Shown: positions 1-7,635, counted from the first letter of the stretch. The stretch is DNA of 10,596 nucleotides from Candidatus Subterrananammoxibius californiae (GCA_030586555.1 JAURAC010000054.1:1-10596), one strand, 5' to 3'. The notes: generated from the letters alone by a model not told the origin. Program-made: numbers and translations.

Positions 1-4
1 ACCT

Positions 5-919
5 ATGACAGCCATTACACTAGAAACTGCAAAAGAACAATCATGCACACTGTTGGCAGCTGGGCATACCGCCTGTACAGGCTGCGGAGAAGCGCTTGCC
101 GCAAAGCTTGTACTGGGCGCCGCAGGTTCAAATATTATCGTTACAGACGCCACAGGGTGTTTGGAGGTATTTACAACAAGATTCCCTCAATCCTCTTGGG
201 AAGTTCCTTTTGTCCATTCGCTATTTGAAAATTCCGCCGCTGTAGCATCCGGCGTGGAAGTAGCGCTGAAGGCGCTTGGCAGGCAGAACGAGGCAAAGGT
301 TATTGCACAGGGCGGCGATGGCGGTACGGCAGATATTGGACTGCAGGCGTTGAGCGGCATGTTAGAAAGAGGACACGACATTCTATATGTTTGTTATGAC
401 AATGAGGCATACATGAATACAGGCGTTCAGCGCAGCGGATTAACGCCATTTGATTGTATGACAACAACGAGTCCATGCGGAGAACTATCGTGGGGAAACA
501 AGCAGCATAAAAAGGATATGCCGGGTATCGCTGCGGCACATGGCATTCCTTACGTTGCCACAGCCTCGGTAGCATTTCCAAAAGACATTGAAAACAAGGT
601 AAAAAAGGCGCTTTCGATAACAGGGCCAAAATACTTGCAAATCCATTCCCCCTGTCCGCTTGGATGGAGGACAAACCCGCAATTCACCATAAAAGTAGCA
701 AAACTTGCTGTTCAGACAGGGTTATATCCTATTTTTGAAATGGAGGGTGGAAAGATAACAAAGGTGAGAAAGGTTTCGTCTCCAAAAACACCTGTAGAGG
801 AATACCTGAAGATCCAGGGACGCTTCGCTCACCTCTTCAAGTCACCAAAGGGAAAGGAAGAGATACAAAAAATTCAGGAGATTGCAGACAGGAATATTGA
901 GAAATATGGGCTGGCATAG
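5..919 (+). CDS. porB: Pyruvate/2-oxoacid:ferredoxin oxidoreductase beta subunit (TPP-binding)
   Basis: GHTACTGCGE cluster motif, ATGCLEV, FENSAAVASG, TPP motif GGDGG...YDNEAYMNTGVQRS, SPCPLGW. Confidence 0.93.
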   Translation: MTAITLETAKEQSCTLLAAGHTACTGCGEALAAKLVLGAAGSNIIVTDATGCLEVFTTRFPQSSWEVPFVHSLFENSAAVASGVEVALKALGRQNEAKVIAQGGDGGTADIGLQALSGMLERGHDILYVCYDNEAYMNTGVQRSGLTPFDCMTTTSPCGELSWGNKQHKKDMPGIAAAHGIPYVATASVAFPKDIENKVKKALSITGPKYLQIHSPCPLGWRTNPQFTIKVAKLAVQTGLYPIFEMEGGKITKVRKVSSPKTPVEEYLKIQGRFAHLFKSPKGKEEIQKIQEIADRNIEKYGLA

Positions 920-936
920 AAGCTGATATTTTTAGC

Positions 937-1112
937 TCACCGCAGAGACGTAAAGAACGCAAAGTTTAAAAAACAAGGCCTGTTATCGAGTTAATTAGGC
1001 AAGGATAAGGAATACTGGTTAGCGATCCTTGTCTCTTAGGCTTTGTTTGTTTTTTATCCCATATTTTTATTGCTTTAGCTCTTTCTTCGCGCCCTCTGCG
1101 TCTTTGCGGTGA
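937..1112. repeat. Intergenic long-arm inverted repeat (MITE/REP-like), may also terminate porB
   Basis: 937-964 TCACCGCAGAGACGTAAAGAACGCAAAG matches the reverse complement of 1085-1112 at 22/28; inner stem AGGCAAGGAT...ATCCTTGTCT. Confidence 0.65.
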
Positions 1113-1153
1113 AATATTCCTTTTATCCCCCATCTTTGCCAAAAGGAAAATCC

Positions 1154-1182
1154 TTGACAATAAAAATAATATTAGTTACAAG
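1154..1182 (+). promoter_or_regulatory. Sigma70-like promoter, candidate cassette promoter (Pc)
   Basis: Perfect TTGACA at 1154-1159, 17-bp spacer, TACAAG at 1177-1182; about 105 bp upstream of the first GTT core. Confidence 0.45.
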
Positions 1183-1219
1183 GTAACCAACTTTATCCCA
1201 CCATTCTTTAAAACGGGAA

Positions 1220-1294
1220 ATAGACGAATATGTTCGTCTATCCCTCCAATTTTGGTATAAAAAGCGAACCGATTCGCTTAGTAACGTGTTATCT
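1220..1294 (+). mobile_element. attI-like integron recombination site
   Basis: Two CGAA-N4-TTCG palindromes (1220-1241, 1262-1279), then GTAAC-GT-GTTATCT with crossover G/TT at 1288; no attC stem upstream. Confidence 0.5.
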
Positions 1295-1348
1295 GAAAGC
1301 CGCCATCAATGAGGAATATGATGTTATTAGGAAAAGGGGGACAATTAT

Positions 1349-1567
1349 ATGAGACAATACAAAATTATCGTTGAGAAACATTCGGATGGTTATGTTGCTT
1401 ATCCTTTAGGTTTAAAGGGTGTTGTAGTTGGTCAAGGCGACACATATGAAGAAGCCCTCTCAGATGTGAAATCTGCAATTCGTTTTCATATTGAATCTTT
1501 TGGAGAAGCTGTTTTTGAAATTGATCCACCAATTCTTGAAGCTTTTGTTGCAGAGGCAGGGGTTTAA
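1349..1567 (+). CDS. hicB: HicB-family antitoxin (short form, no DNA-binding domain)
   Basis: YKIIVEKHSDGYVAYPLGLKGVVVGQGDTYEEALSDVKSAI is the HicB-like RNase H fold pattern; RBS AGGGGG upstream. Confidence 0.88.
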   Translation: MRQYKIIVEKHSDGYVAYPLGLKGVVVGQGDTYEEALSDVKSAIRFHIESFGEAVFEIDPPILEAFVAEAGV

Positions 1568-1572
1568 GGGGA

Positions 1573-1812
1573 ATGCCTAAATTCCCGGTTGATGCATCAA
1601 AACAGAGGGTAGTTAAATCGCTGGTGATTTTAGGATTCAAAATGATTCGTGAAAGAGAACATATTTCTATGGAACGGATAAACTCAGACGGAACTAAAAC
1701 TCCCCTGACCATGCCAAATCATCCGAAAATAAAAGCTTCGACTCTTCGTACAATTTGCACACAATCAGGAATTTCAAGGGATGATTTCCTTAATGCTTAT
1801 GAAAAGACATGA
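1573..1812 (+). CDS. hicA: HicA-family mRNA interferase toxin
   Basis: LVILGFKMIREREHISM (catalytic His) and LTMPNHPKIKASTLRTICTQSGISRDDF; 5 bp after hicB. Confidence 0.88.
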   Translation: MPKFPVDASKQRVVKSLVILGFKMIREREHISMERINSDGTKTPLTMPNHPKIKASTLRTICTQSGISRDDFLNAYEKT

Positions 1813-1822
1813 TGGCAGCCTT

Positions 1823-1878
1823 CAGATAATACGCCACAGTAGATTAACCCCGCTTTTTTTGTGGCGGAAACGTTGGCA
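1823..1878 (+). mobile_element. attC site of the hicBA cassette (R'' has AAT instead of AAC)
   Basis: CAGATAAT-ac-GCCACA...TGTGGC-ggaaac-GTTGGCA; 1810-1830 is the reverse complement of cassette start 1288-1308 at 18/21. Confidence 0.7.
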
Positions 1879-1949
1879 ACAACTTCTTCAGACCGATCCC
1901 AACATGAACTTTGAAGAATTAAAACGACTAACACAAACAAACCTCTCAC

Positions 1950-2079
1950 AGCCGGGAAGGGAGGGCATTGCCCACCATTTTGTTCCATACACGCGGTGTT
2001 GGGGGTATGTGTGGCATTTATAATGTTTGCTCTTGCCGGACGGTTGTTTATTGGCAGGCAATGCCTGCCCTACTTGGCT
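1950..2079. repeat. Inverted pair of GTAG-family REP sequences (REPIN-like)
   Basis: 2052-2079 read on the minus strand is AGCCAAGTAGGGCAGGCATTGCCTGCCA (GTAG plus palindrome); 1950-1977 matches it at 21/28. Confidence 0.75.
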
Positions 2080-2272
2080 GGAAAAAGGAGGGGCGGTTTT
2101 TGTAAGCCAGGAATCTGCAGACCATGCAATTTATTCAAGGGTTATTGAGGGCAGAAGATACTCTGCTCCCGTTCAAATGGGAAATAAAAGTCTCGATCCT
2201 GTATACTGCAAAAGGGTTTTAAGGCAATTAAAATTTACCGATGAAGAAATCGAAAAAATCCTGGCTATGTAA
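2078..2272 (+). pseudogene. 5'-truncated HicA-like toxin
   Basis: LEKGGAVFVSQESADHAIYSR...SAPVQMGNKSLDPVYCKRVLRQLKFTDEEI resembles HicA; the ORF N-terminus in the track is REP sequence. Confidence 0.6.
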
Positions 2273-2349
2273 ACTTGAAAACATAAAAGGATTTTGATAA
2301 TTGATAAACGAAGGTATGACCCCAGGCATTTTAGCGTTAGAAATACATA

Positions 2350-3177
2350 ATGAATAAAATCGACTTCATAAAAAACTTTGGCGAAATCACAAAAAGAGAC
2401 GAAAATTATTATATTTTTGCCGGCCTTATAAACTGCCTCACCCCTAAAGAGTTTTTTAGTGTTTGTGACTTTAGCTTTAAATATGGAAAATTGGGAAAGG
2501 AGATTTTTATAAATAAAAACATTGCTGATTTCAATAACGAAAAAACTAAGCGTTACGAACAATTTTTCAGGCAAATGTTCAATACACTACCCTCTATTTC
2601 TAATTATCATAGCAATCAAGCTTGTTCTTATTTTCTCTCCAGCGTATATGATACTCTGTCAATCCCTCTACAAAATGAATTCCTTTCTTATTCGCTTTTT
2701 TCAAAATATAAAAATGACAGGAGGCGAGCATATAATATTATCTCTTCGCCATGGAAATCTGAGTATAAAGAAATATTAGAGAAAAACTTTTTTAAATTCT
2801 TTGATTTAGAAGCAGCGGAAATTATTATAGATAATTTTCCTGCATCTTTTCTAAACAAAAATTACACAACTTTAATTAAGTTCTTTCCAGAAGAATATCT
2901 GAAATATGACTTCTCCATATTGAAATTAAGAAATAAGATGTTGATAAAGATATTTAAATATATTGAAAACAGTATAATTCTCAAACTCAAAGAAAGCGAC
3001 CCAGTTTCTTATATTTACATCCTTAAAGAATGCGATAAAAAAATTGACAGCGATTTTGCATATAAAGTATTTGTGCAAACTAAAAGAAAATCATTACTAC
3101 TGTGGTATGGACAAATGGGATTATGGAATGTTCTTATTAAGATAAAAGAAAAATTTCTAACAAAGCAATCCACCTGA
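2350..3177 (+). CDS. Hypothetical 275-aa protein, AT-rich gene cassette
   Basis: Long, very AT-rich ORF with no motif I recognise; preceded by GTTAGAAAT (2336-2344) and ending across ATTTCTAAC (3153-3161). Confidence 0.8.
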   Translation: MNKIDFIKNFGEITKRDENYYIFAGLINCLTPKEFFSVCDFSFKYGKLGKEIFINKNIADFNNEKTKRYEQFFRQMFNTLPSISNYHSNQACSYFLSSVYDTLSIPLQNEFLSYSLFSKYKNDRRRAYNIISSPWKSEYKEILEKNFFKFFDLEAAEIIIDNFPASFLNKNYTTLIKFFPEEYLKYDFSILKLRNKMLIKIFKYIENSIILKLKESDPVSYIYILKECDKKIDSDFAYKVFVQTKRKSLLLWYGQMGLWNVLIKIKEKFLTKQST

Positions 3178-3192
3178 CCCTCCTCGTCGCTT
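3153..3192 (+). mobile_element. Left half of an attC site (truncated)
   Basis: ATTTCTAAC-AAAGCAATCCACCTGACCC; R'' is exactly complementary to 2336-2344; no right arm found before the transposase remnant. Confidence 0.65.
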
Positions 3193-3204
3193 ATGTAAAT
3201 TTGT

Positions 3205-3333
3205 AAATTAGGGACAGACACTATTTATTTGCGCTTTTGTTTCTTCGGCCTGCCTCTCGGCAAGACGCTTAATATTCTCCCTGCCTTTCTTCCTAACTTC
3301 GGGAGATGAAAAGGGACAGGTCTTGATTCTTGA
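3205..3333 (-). pseudogene. 3' remnant of a REP-associated/IS200-like tyrosine transposase with end motifs
   Basis: Minus frame 3302-3225 gives PKLGRKAGRILSVLPRGRPKKQKRK*, followed by GTGTCTGTCCCT; AGGGACAG is repeated at 3210 and 3312. Confidence 0.55.
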
Positions 3334-3391
3334 GGGGCCATAGGTGGATCAAATCTTTTGATTTGACAAAATAAACAAGGATGCCAGAAAC

Positions 3392-3476
3392 GGCTGATAA
3401 CACGCCGTATACAACGCTTTTCTCAATGCCCTCCCTTCAGTCGGGCACTGCGTATATGGCAGAGTCGTTATCAGCC
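3392..3476 (+). mobile_element. Complete attC site (85 bp)
   Basis: GGCTGATAAC...GTTATCAGCC (10/10), unpaired spacer, GCCGTATAC/GTATATGGC, inner CAATGCCC/GGGCACTG. Confidence 0.78.
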
Positions 3477-3593
3477 TGCGAAATTCCGAGGGAAAAGAAA
3501 GGCTTCTGATAATAATTGCGATAGATAAATTATTCGATATTTTTTCTGACGGCAAGGATTGGTTATGCCTATTGATATAGAATTCAGCCAGAT

Positions 3594-3767
3594 ATGAGAA
3601 AGATTAAATATAGCAAAGATGTAGACGCCCTTTTTATTGAGCTTTCAGATAAGCAAATAGATTATGCTGAAGAAGAAGGGCAGGTGATTATCCATGTTTC
3701 TAAGGATGGCGAGCCTGTTCTCCTTGAAACACTTGATTCGGTAACAAACTATTTGATAATAGGGTAG
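3594..3767 (+). CDS. DUF2283-family putative antitoxin (57 aa, not in the ORF track, C-terminus possibly altered)
   Basis: Own translation MRKIKYSKDVDALFIELSDKQIDYAEEEGQVIIHVSKDGEPVLLETLD; same pattern as 4075-4275. Confidence 0.78.
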   Translation: MRKIKYSKDVDALFIELSDKQIDYAEEEGQVIIHVSKDGEPVLLETLDSVTNYLIIG

Positions 3768-3832
3768 AGAAAATTTATAATTTCTTGATAAAAACAAAAT
3801 AACACGCACTTGCCGTTTCTCTTGCAAAAAGT

Positions 3833-4078
3833 ATGGATTTTAGATTATCGACACATATCCGAGACATGCTGAAGGAACGAAATATTCCTGAGGAATGGTT
3901 ATGGCGGACTGTTAATGACCCCGATTGGGAAAATATAGGGAAAGATAAAAATATTCATTATTTCAAAAGTATCATTGAACATGAGGGACGAATTCTCCAT
4001 GTTGTTGTAAATCCTCATGTTTTACCAAAAAAAGTAGTTACGGCATTCTTTGATCGTAGAGCAAGGAGACAAAAATGA
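3833..4078 (+). CDS. DUF4258-family putative toxin (RelE/BrnT-like fold)
   Basis: LSTHIRDMLKERNIPEEW...PD...GRILHVVVN...VVTAFFDRR; ATGA overlap with the DUF2283 gene. Confidence 0.85.
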   Translation: MDFRLSTHIRDMLKERNIPEEWLWRTVNDPDWENIGKDKNIHYFKSIIEHEGRILHVVVNPHVLPKKVVTAFFDRRARRQK

Positions 4079-4275
4079 GATTAAAAGTGGATAAAGAAAA
4101 TGATGCGCTTTATTTTCGGCTGGATGAATCTAGTATTGTTGAATCAGAAGAGGTACAGCCCGGCGTTGTTTTGGATTTTAATGCCGAAGGTAAAGTAGTA
4201 GGGATCGAGATTCTCAATCTGAGTGTACGGATGACCCCTGACCAGCTAAAAGTATTTCAATATGAAACTGCATAA
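4075..4275 (+). CDS. DUF2283-family putative antitoxin
   Basis: MRLKVDKENDALYFRL...ESEEVQPGVVLDFNAEGKVVGIEIL. Confidence 0.9.
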   Translation: MRLKVDKENDALYFRLDESSIVESEEVQPGVVLDFNAEGKVVGIEILNLSVRMTPDQLKVFQYETA

Positions 4276-4348
4276 TCAAGGATACTCCGCTAACACAGCT
4301 CAAAAGTTTAACATACAAATTGTTGGTGTACTTCTTTGGCTTGTAATG

Positions 4349-4882
4349 TTACTTTTCCCCACTGGATAATTCAGCAAGCAACGGTTTTATTTCGCTATCA
4401 ATTCCTGCCTGTTTATATTCCTGCTTGTATACGACTTTCAAGGCGGGATCGACGACCAATACCATACATTTGCTATCCTCACCCCCAAGCGACTTCGTTA
4501 CAGCGCCATCCCAGTCTAAGAGGAAAGGGATTTCTTTCGAGGTTGGGTCCTGTCCGGAAATCTTTTTCTTCAGCACAGATTTTGGAACGAACGGAGGCCT
4601 CTTCCTCAAATCCATGATTGCAATCATCTGTACCTTCTGGTTTTCCTGGACAAAAGATTTTAACTGTGTTTTGCAATCAATCGCAGTTTGAAGGGTCGTT
4701 CGGCTTTGTAAAACCACAAGGGTTATTTTGCCTGCCATATCAGTTTGAGAATATTTTTTCTCCTGCGGGTCTTCTAAGCTGAAATCTACAAACCTATTAG
4801 CCGCTTCTGAGCCAAATGCAAGAAAAGGAGCGAAATATACCACAGTTGCTATCATTAAAAACCATTGTATCTTATTTTTCAT
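4349..4882 (-). CDS. Exported thioredoxin/AhpC-TSA-fold (YtfJ-like) protein lacking CxxC
   Basis: Signal peptide ending AFG/S; DFSLEDPQEKKYS...GKITLVV, PFLLDWDGAVTKSLG, VLVVDP...VVY. Confidence 0.7.
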   Translation of the reverse strand: MKNKIQWFLMIATVVYFAPFLAFGSEAANRFVDFSLEDPQEKKYSQTDMAGKITLVVLQSRTTLQTAIDCKTQLKSFVQENQKVQMIAIMDLRKRPPFVPKSVLKKKISGQDPTSKEIPFLLDWDGAVTKSLGGEDSKCMVLVVDPALKVVYKQEYKQAGIDSEIKPLLAELSSGEK

Positions 4883-4963
4883 GCATTTGTATTTAACTTT
4901 CTAAAGGTCAGAAGACACTCATTTCGTGTTACAGGTCGCTCAAAATGGAGTTTTGTAGAAATA

Positions 4964-5011
4964 AAAAAGGCACTGGAAAAATTGGGAGGTTTTTATATCC
5001 AGTGCCTTTTT
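4964..5011. terminator. Intrinsic terminator downstream of the beta-barrel gene (potentially bidirectional)
   Basis: AAAAAGGCACTGGA (4964-4977) pairs perfectly with TCCAGTGCCTTTTT (4998-5011); 11 bp from the stop at 5023. Confidence 0.75.
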
Positions 5012-5022
5012 GGGAGGAAGCT

Positions 5023-5628
5023 CTAGAAATTAATTCCGAGGTATACTCCAACATTTTGAAAATCTTCGTCTCTACCAACATCATGAGCAAAAAAACTATA
5101 CCTGTAATCTATTCCGAGGCTAATTGAATCATCCATGCAGGGTAAGGTATAATCAATTCCTATAGAAGGTTGTACACCAATATCCAAATACGACACATCA
5201 TTAGACGGTGGACTGATGACTCCAAACAACATACCTACCCCTACAAATGGTTGTAGTCTACCTAGTGGAGTTCCCGGTTCAGCCAAATGGATACGGTATC
5301 TGGGACCTATCAATGCCGTAAACATTGCATTTTCCGTTTCATCAACACCGACATCATTCGAAAAGTTATAGTATGATAACATTATTTCACCCAAAATGTC
5401 ATTTTTAAAGAAGGGATCAACAGCGATTGGCAGATGAAGTCCCGCACCAACACCCCACCCATCTTTGTCACTAGGACTCAACATTGCATCATTTTCCCTG
5501 TCAACACTTAAACGCGCATAACTACCTCTAAAAAAGACCTGTCCACCTAATTTGGCAAAACATGGTTCTGCAATTAAGAAAAGTACCAGACTCGCTACTC
5601 CAAAAATAAGCCTCCAACTCTTTTTCAT
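5023..5628 (-). CDS. Outer-membrane beta-barrel protein (8-stranded OmpA/OmpW-like)
   Basis: Signal peptide, amphipathic strands (LQPFVGVG, SIGIDY, SLGIDYRY), C-terminal GVYLGINF; RBS AAGGAGG. Confidence 0.85.
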   Translation of the reverse strand: MKKSWRLIFGVASLVLFLIAEPCFAKLGGQVFFRGSYARLSVDRENDAMLSPSDKDGWGVGAGLHLPIAVDPFFKNDILGEIMLSYYNFSNDVGVDETENAMFTALIGPRYRIHLAEPGTPLGRLQPFVGVGMLFGVISPPSNDVSYLDIGVQPSIGIDYTLPCMDDSISLGIDYRYSFFAHDVGRDEDFQNVGVYLGINF

Positions 5629-5922
5629 GACATCCTCCTTTCTTTAGAAACGTATTGTCAAAAGGATAAGATTCCTTTTACGCTATCACCTATTTTCCGG
5701 TAACCTGTCATATCAAAATACTTCTTTATTAATTTGCGAATTCCTTTTCCCTAAGCCGCATTTTAAGGAGAGGTACTTTTTATTACTCAAAAAGAGAGGT
5801 TGGGAAGCGGTAATAAATTTTTTATTCCTTCGTATAACTGATTGTTTTAAGAATAAACGGTAAATGTTTATATATGATAAACATATTATTAACAATAATT
5901 AATTTATAAATACTAAATAATT

Positions 5923-5951
5923 TATATATATTAAATGTTGGGTGTTGTCAA
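5923..5951 (-). promoter_or_regulatory. Candidate sigma70 promoter for the beta-barrel gene
   Basis: Minus strand TTGACA-17 bp-TATATA in a very AT-rich intergenic region. Confidence 0.4.
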
Positions 5952-6105
5952 GTATAATTTTCAAAGTTAAAAACTTTTCCTTTTCCTATCACTGTCTGCA
6001 ACATCTATCTGTGCTTTTGGTACGAGTTGCTTTCAACAATTTTAGGAGGGGTGGAAATATCTTTAAAAAATAAAAGGTATGAATTGAGTGATCAAAAAGG
6101 GTTGT

Positions 6106-7176
6106 TTAATGCATAAAACAACTCAATCGCTTAATGGCATCCATCTTTTCACTATTTCCCACTTTTGCCCGTTTGAGCGCCTTTCTTAATATTTCTATGG
6201 AACCGTCGTAAGTTTCTTTATCCACGAGATACGGATGTCCATCCTTGCCTCCGTGGGCAAAGCTGTATCTGACAGGGTCATTAAAACTGGGGGCTTTACC
6301 ATAGATAAGCTCAGAAATCAAGGCAAGCGCCCGAATGGTTTTTGGACCTACTCCTTCAATTCCAAGCAAGGTCTCAAAATCTTTTGATACGCTCTCATAG
6401 GTTTTTCTGAATATTTTATAAAGCCTGTCAGGATGAATATCCTTAACATTTATGTGGTGGTGGGAAGGTAAAGACAATGTCTGTATCTTTTTGATCTCAC
6501 CCAGAAGCGTATCGGGTTTTAGACGCGAGAGCGTAACGGTAGTCTGCCTTACACCCTCGCTGTCAGTTGCAACCATATTAAGCGTATTACCTTTAGAATC
6601 GCAGCAAATAGCCTGATGCGGCTCTACAACAAAATTTGTAACCTTACTGCCCAGCCAGTGGTATCGGCGGGCATATTTATTGTCATCATTCATCCCCTGC
6701 TGAACAACTGCCCAATCCCCGGACTTCGTGAAGATAAACGAATGGTGATATAGTTGATACCCATCCTGCACAGCGCTGCTATCCACCTTTGCGCTCATCC
6801 GGCTGGCATAGACGAGTTTTTCAGGATTACACGACAACTGGTCACCTGCGCTTATAATCTCTGTGGGTGTCTTTCGGGAAGTTCCGCCCTTACCGCCTGC
6901 AATGAAAAGTCCCAGTTCCTTTTCAAGTCCCTTGATGCCTTCCTTCAATGCCCCGCAGGTTGTGGTGGTCACGCCGCTTGAATGCCAGTCAAATCCCAAC
7001 ACGCAACCCAACGCCTGAAACCAGAATGGATCCGAAAGTCTTTTGGGTATTTCCTGCGGACCGTATTCACTGACAATGGCGATGATAATTTCCCGTCCCA
7101 GTCGTTTCATTCGCTGGAACAGCCATGATGGCGTTTTACCACTATGGAGCGGTAAATGTGCGATCCCTGTTTTCAT
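6106..7176 (-). CDS. DUF763-family protein (HhH motif)
   Basis: LPLHSGKTPSWLFQRM, RLSDPFWFQALGCVLGFDWHSSGVTTT, GVGPKTIRALAL, SFAHGGKDGHP. Confidence 0.92.
   Translation of the reverse strand: MKTGIAHLPLHSGKTPSWLFQRMKRLGREIIIAIVSEYGPQEIPKRLSDPFWFQALGCVLGFDWHSSGVTTTTCGALKEGIKGLEKELGLFIAGGKGGTSRKTPTEIISAGDQLSCNPEKLVYASRMSAKVDSSAVQDGYQLYHHSFIFTKSGDWAVVQQGMNDDNKYARRYHWLGSKVTNFVVEPHQAICCDSKGNTLNMVATDSEGVRQTTVTLSRLKPDTLLGEIKKIQTLSLPSHHHINVKDIHPDRLYKIFRKTYESVSKDFETLLGIEGVGPKTIRALALISELIYGKAPSFNDPVRYSFAHGGKDGHPYLVDKETYDGSIEILRKALKRAKVGNSEKMDAIKRLSCFMH
6896..7067. repeat. Direct repeat copy 1 (copy 2 at 10425-10596)
   Basis: 161/172 identical by manual alignment. Confidence 0.95.
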
Positions 7177-7322
7177 TTTTCATTCTCCTTCAACAAGAAT
7201 ACTATTTTAGATAGAAAAGACAACTAAAAATTCATGAATATTCGTGGCTAAAATGCGTTTTGGGTGATACGTTTTAGACGGCGCAATCCCTCATTGCTAA
7301 GGCACGTTGGAGTTGTTTTGTC

Positions 7323-7351
7323 TTGACAAACCGGATTAATTCCAATACTTT
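7323..7351 (+). promoter_or_regulatory. Sigma70-like promoter of the TA operon
   Basis: TTGACA-17 bp-TACTTT; the spacer holds the imperfect palindrome GGATTAATTCC, a possible operator. Confidence 0.5.
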
Positions 7352-7425
7352 AGCACAGGTAATACAATTGAGTAAAAACAAATGTTATGTGATAAAATAC
7401 AAATAAATAACTTTTGGAGGCGCGG

Positions 7426-7635
7426 ATGTTAAAAATTCATAAAAAAATAGTTATCGATGAAAATCAAAATCCTGTTGCTGTTCAAATCCCAATTGAAGAA
7501 TTTGCACGTTTAGAAGAGATAATAGAAAATTATGGGTTATCGAAATTAATGGATGAGGTAAAAGACGATGAGCGACTTTCAATTGAGGATGCAAAAAAAT
7601 ATTATCAATCGTTGAAACAGCATGTGGAAAGTTGA
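7426..7635 (+). CDS. Putative antitoxin of the RelE-family toxin
   Basis: Small acidic ORF (IDENQNPVAVQIPIEEFARLEE); GGAGG before ATG 7426; overlaps the toxin start. Confidence 0.8.
   Translation: MLKIHKKIVIDENQNPVAVQIPIEEFARLEEIIENYGLSKLMDEVKDDERLSIEDAKKYYQSLKQHVES

Noticed and set aside
966..1160. 64-aa minus-strand ORF as an intI remnant
   Set aside because: Translation of the inverted repeat; no tyrosine-recombinase motifs
1781..2023. 80-aa ORF after hicA
   Set aside because: Reads through attC and REP sequence; only the short part from ~1903 may be a real gene start
3349..3555. 68-aa minus-strand ORF
   Set aside because: Crosses the attC hairpin, non-ATG start, no protein features
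4288..4330. CCGCTAAC after DUF2283 as an attC R'' box
   Set aside because: No L-box pairing and no complementary core upstream of the pair; at best a remnant
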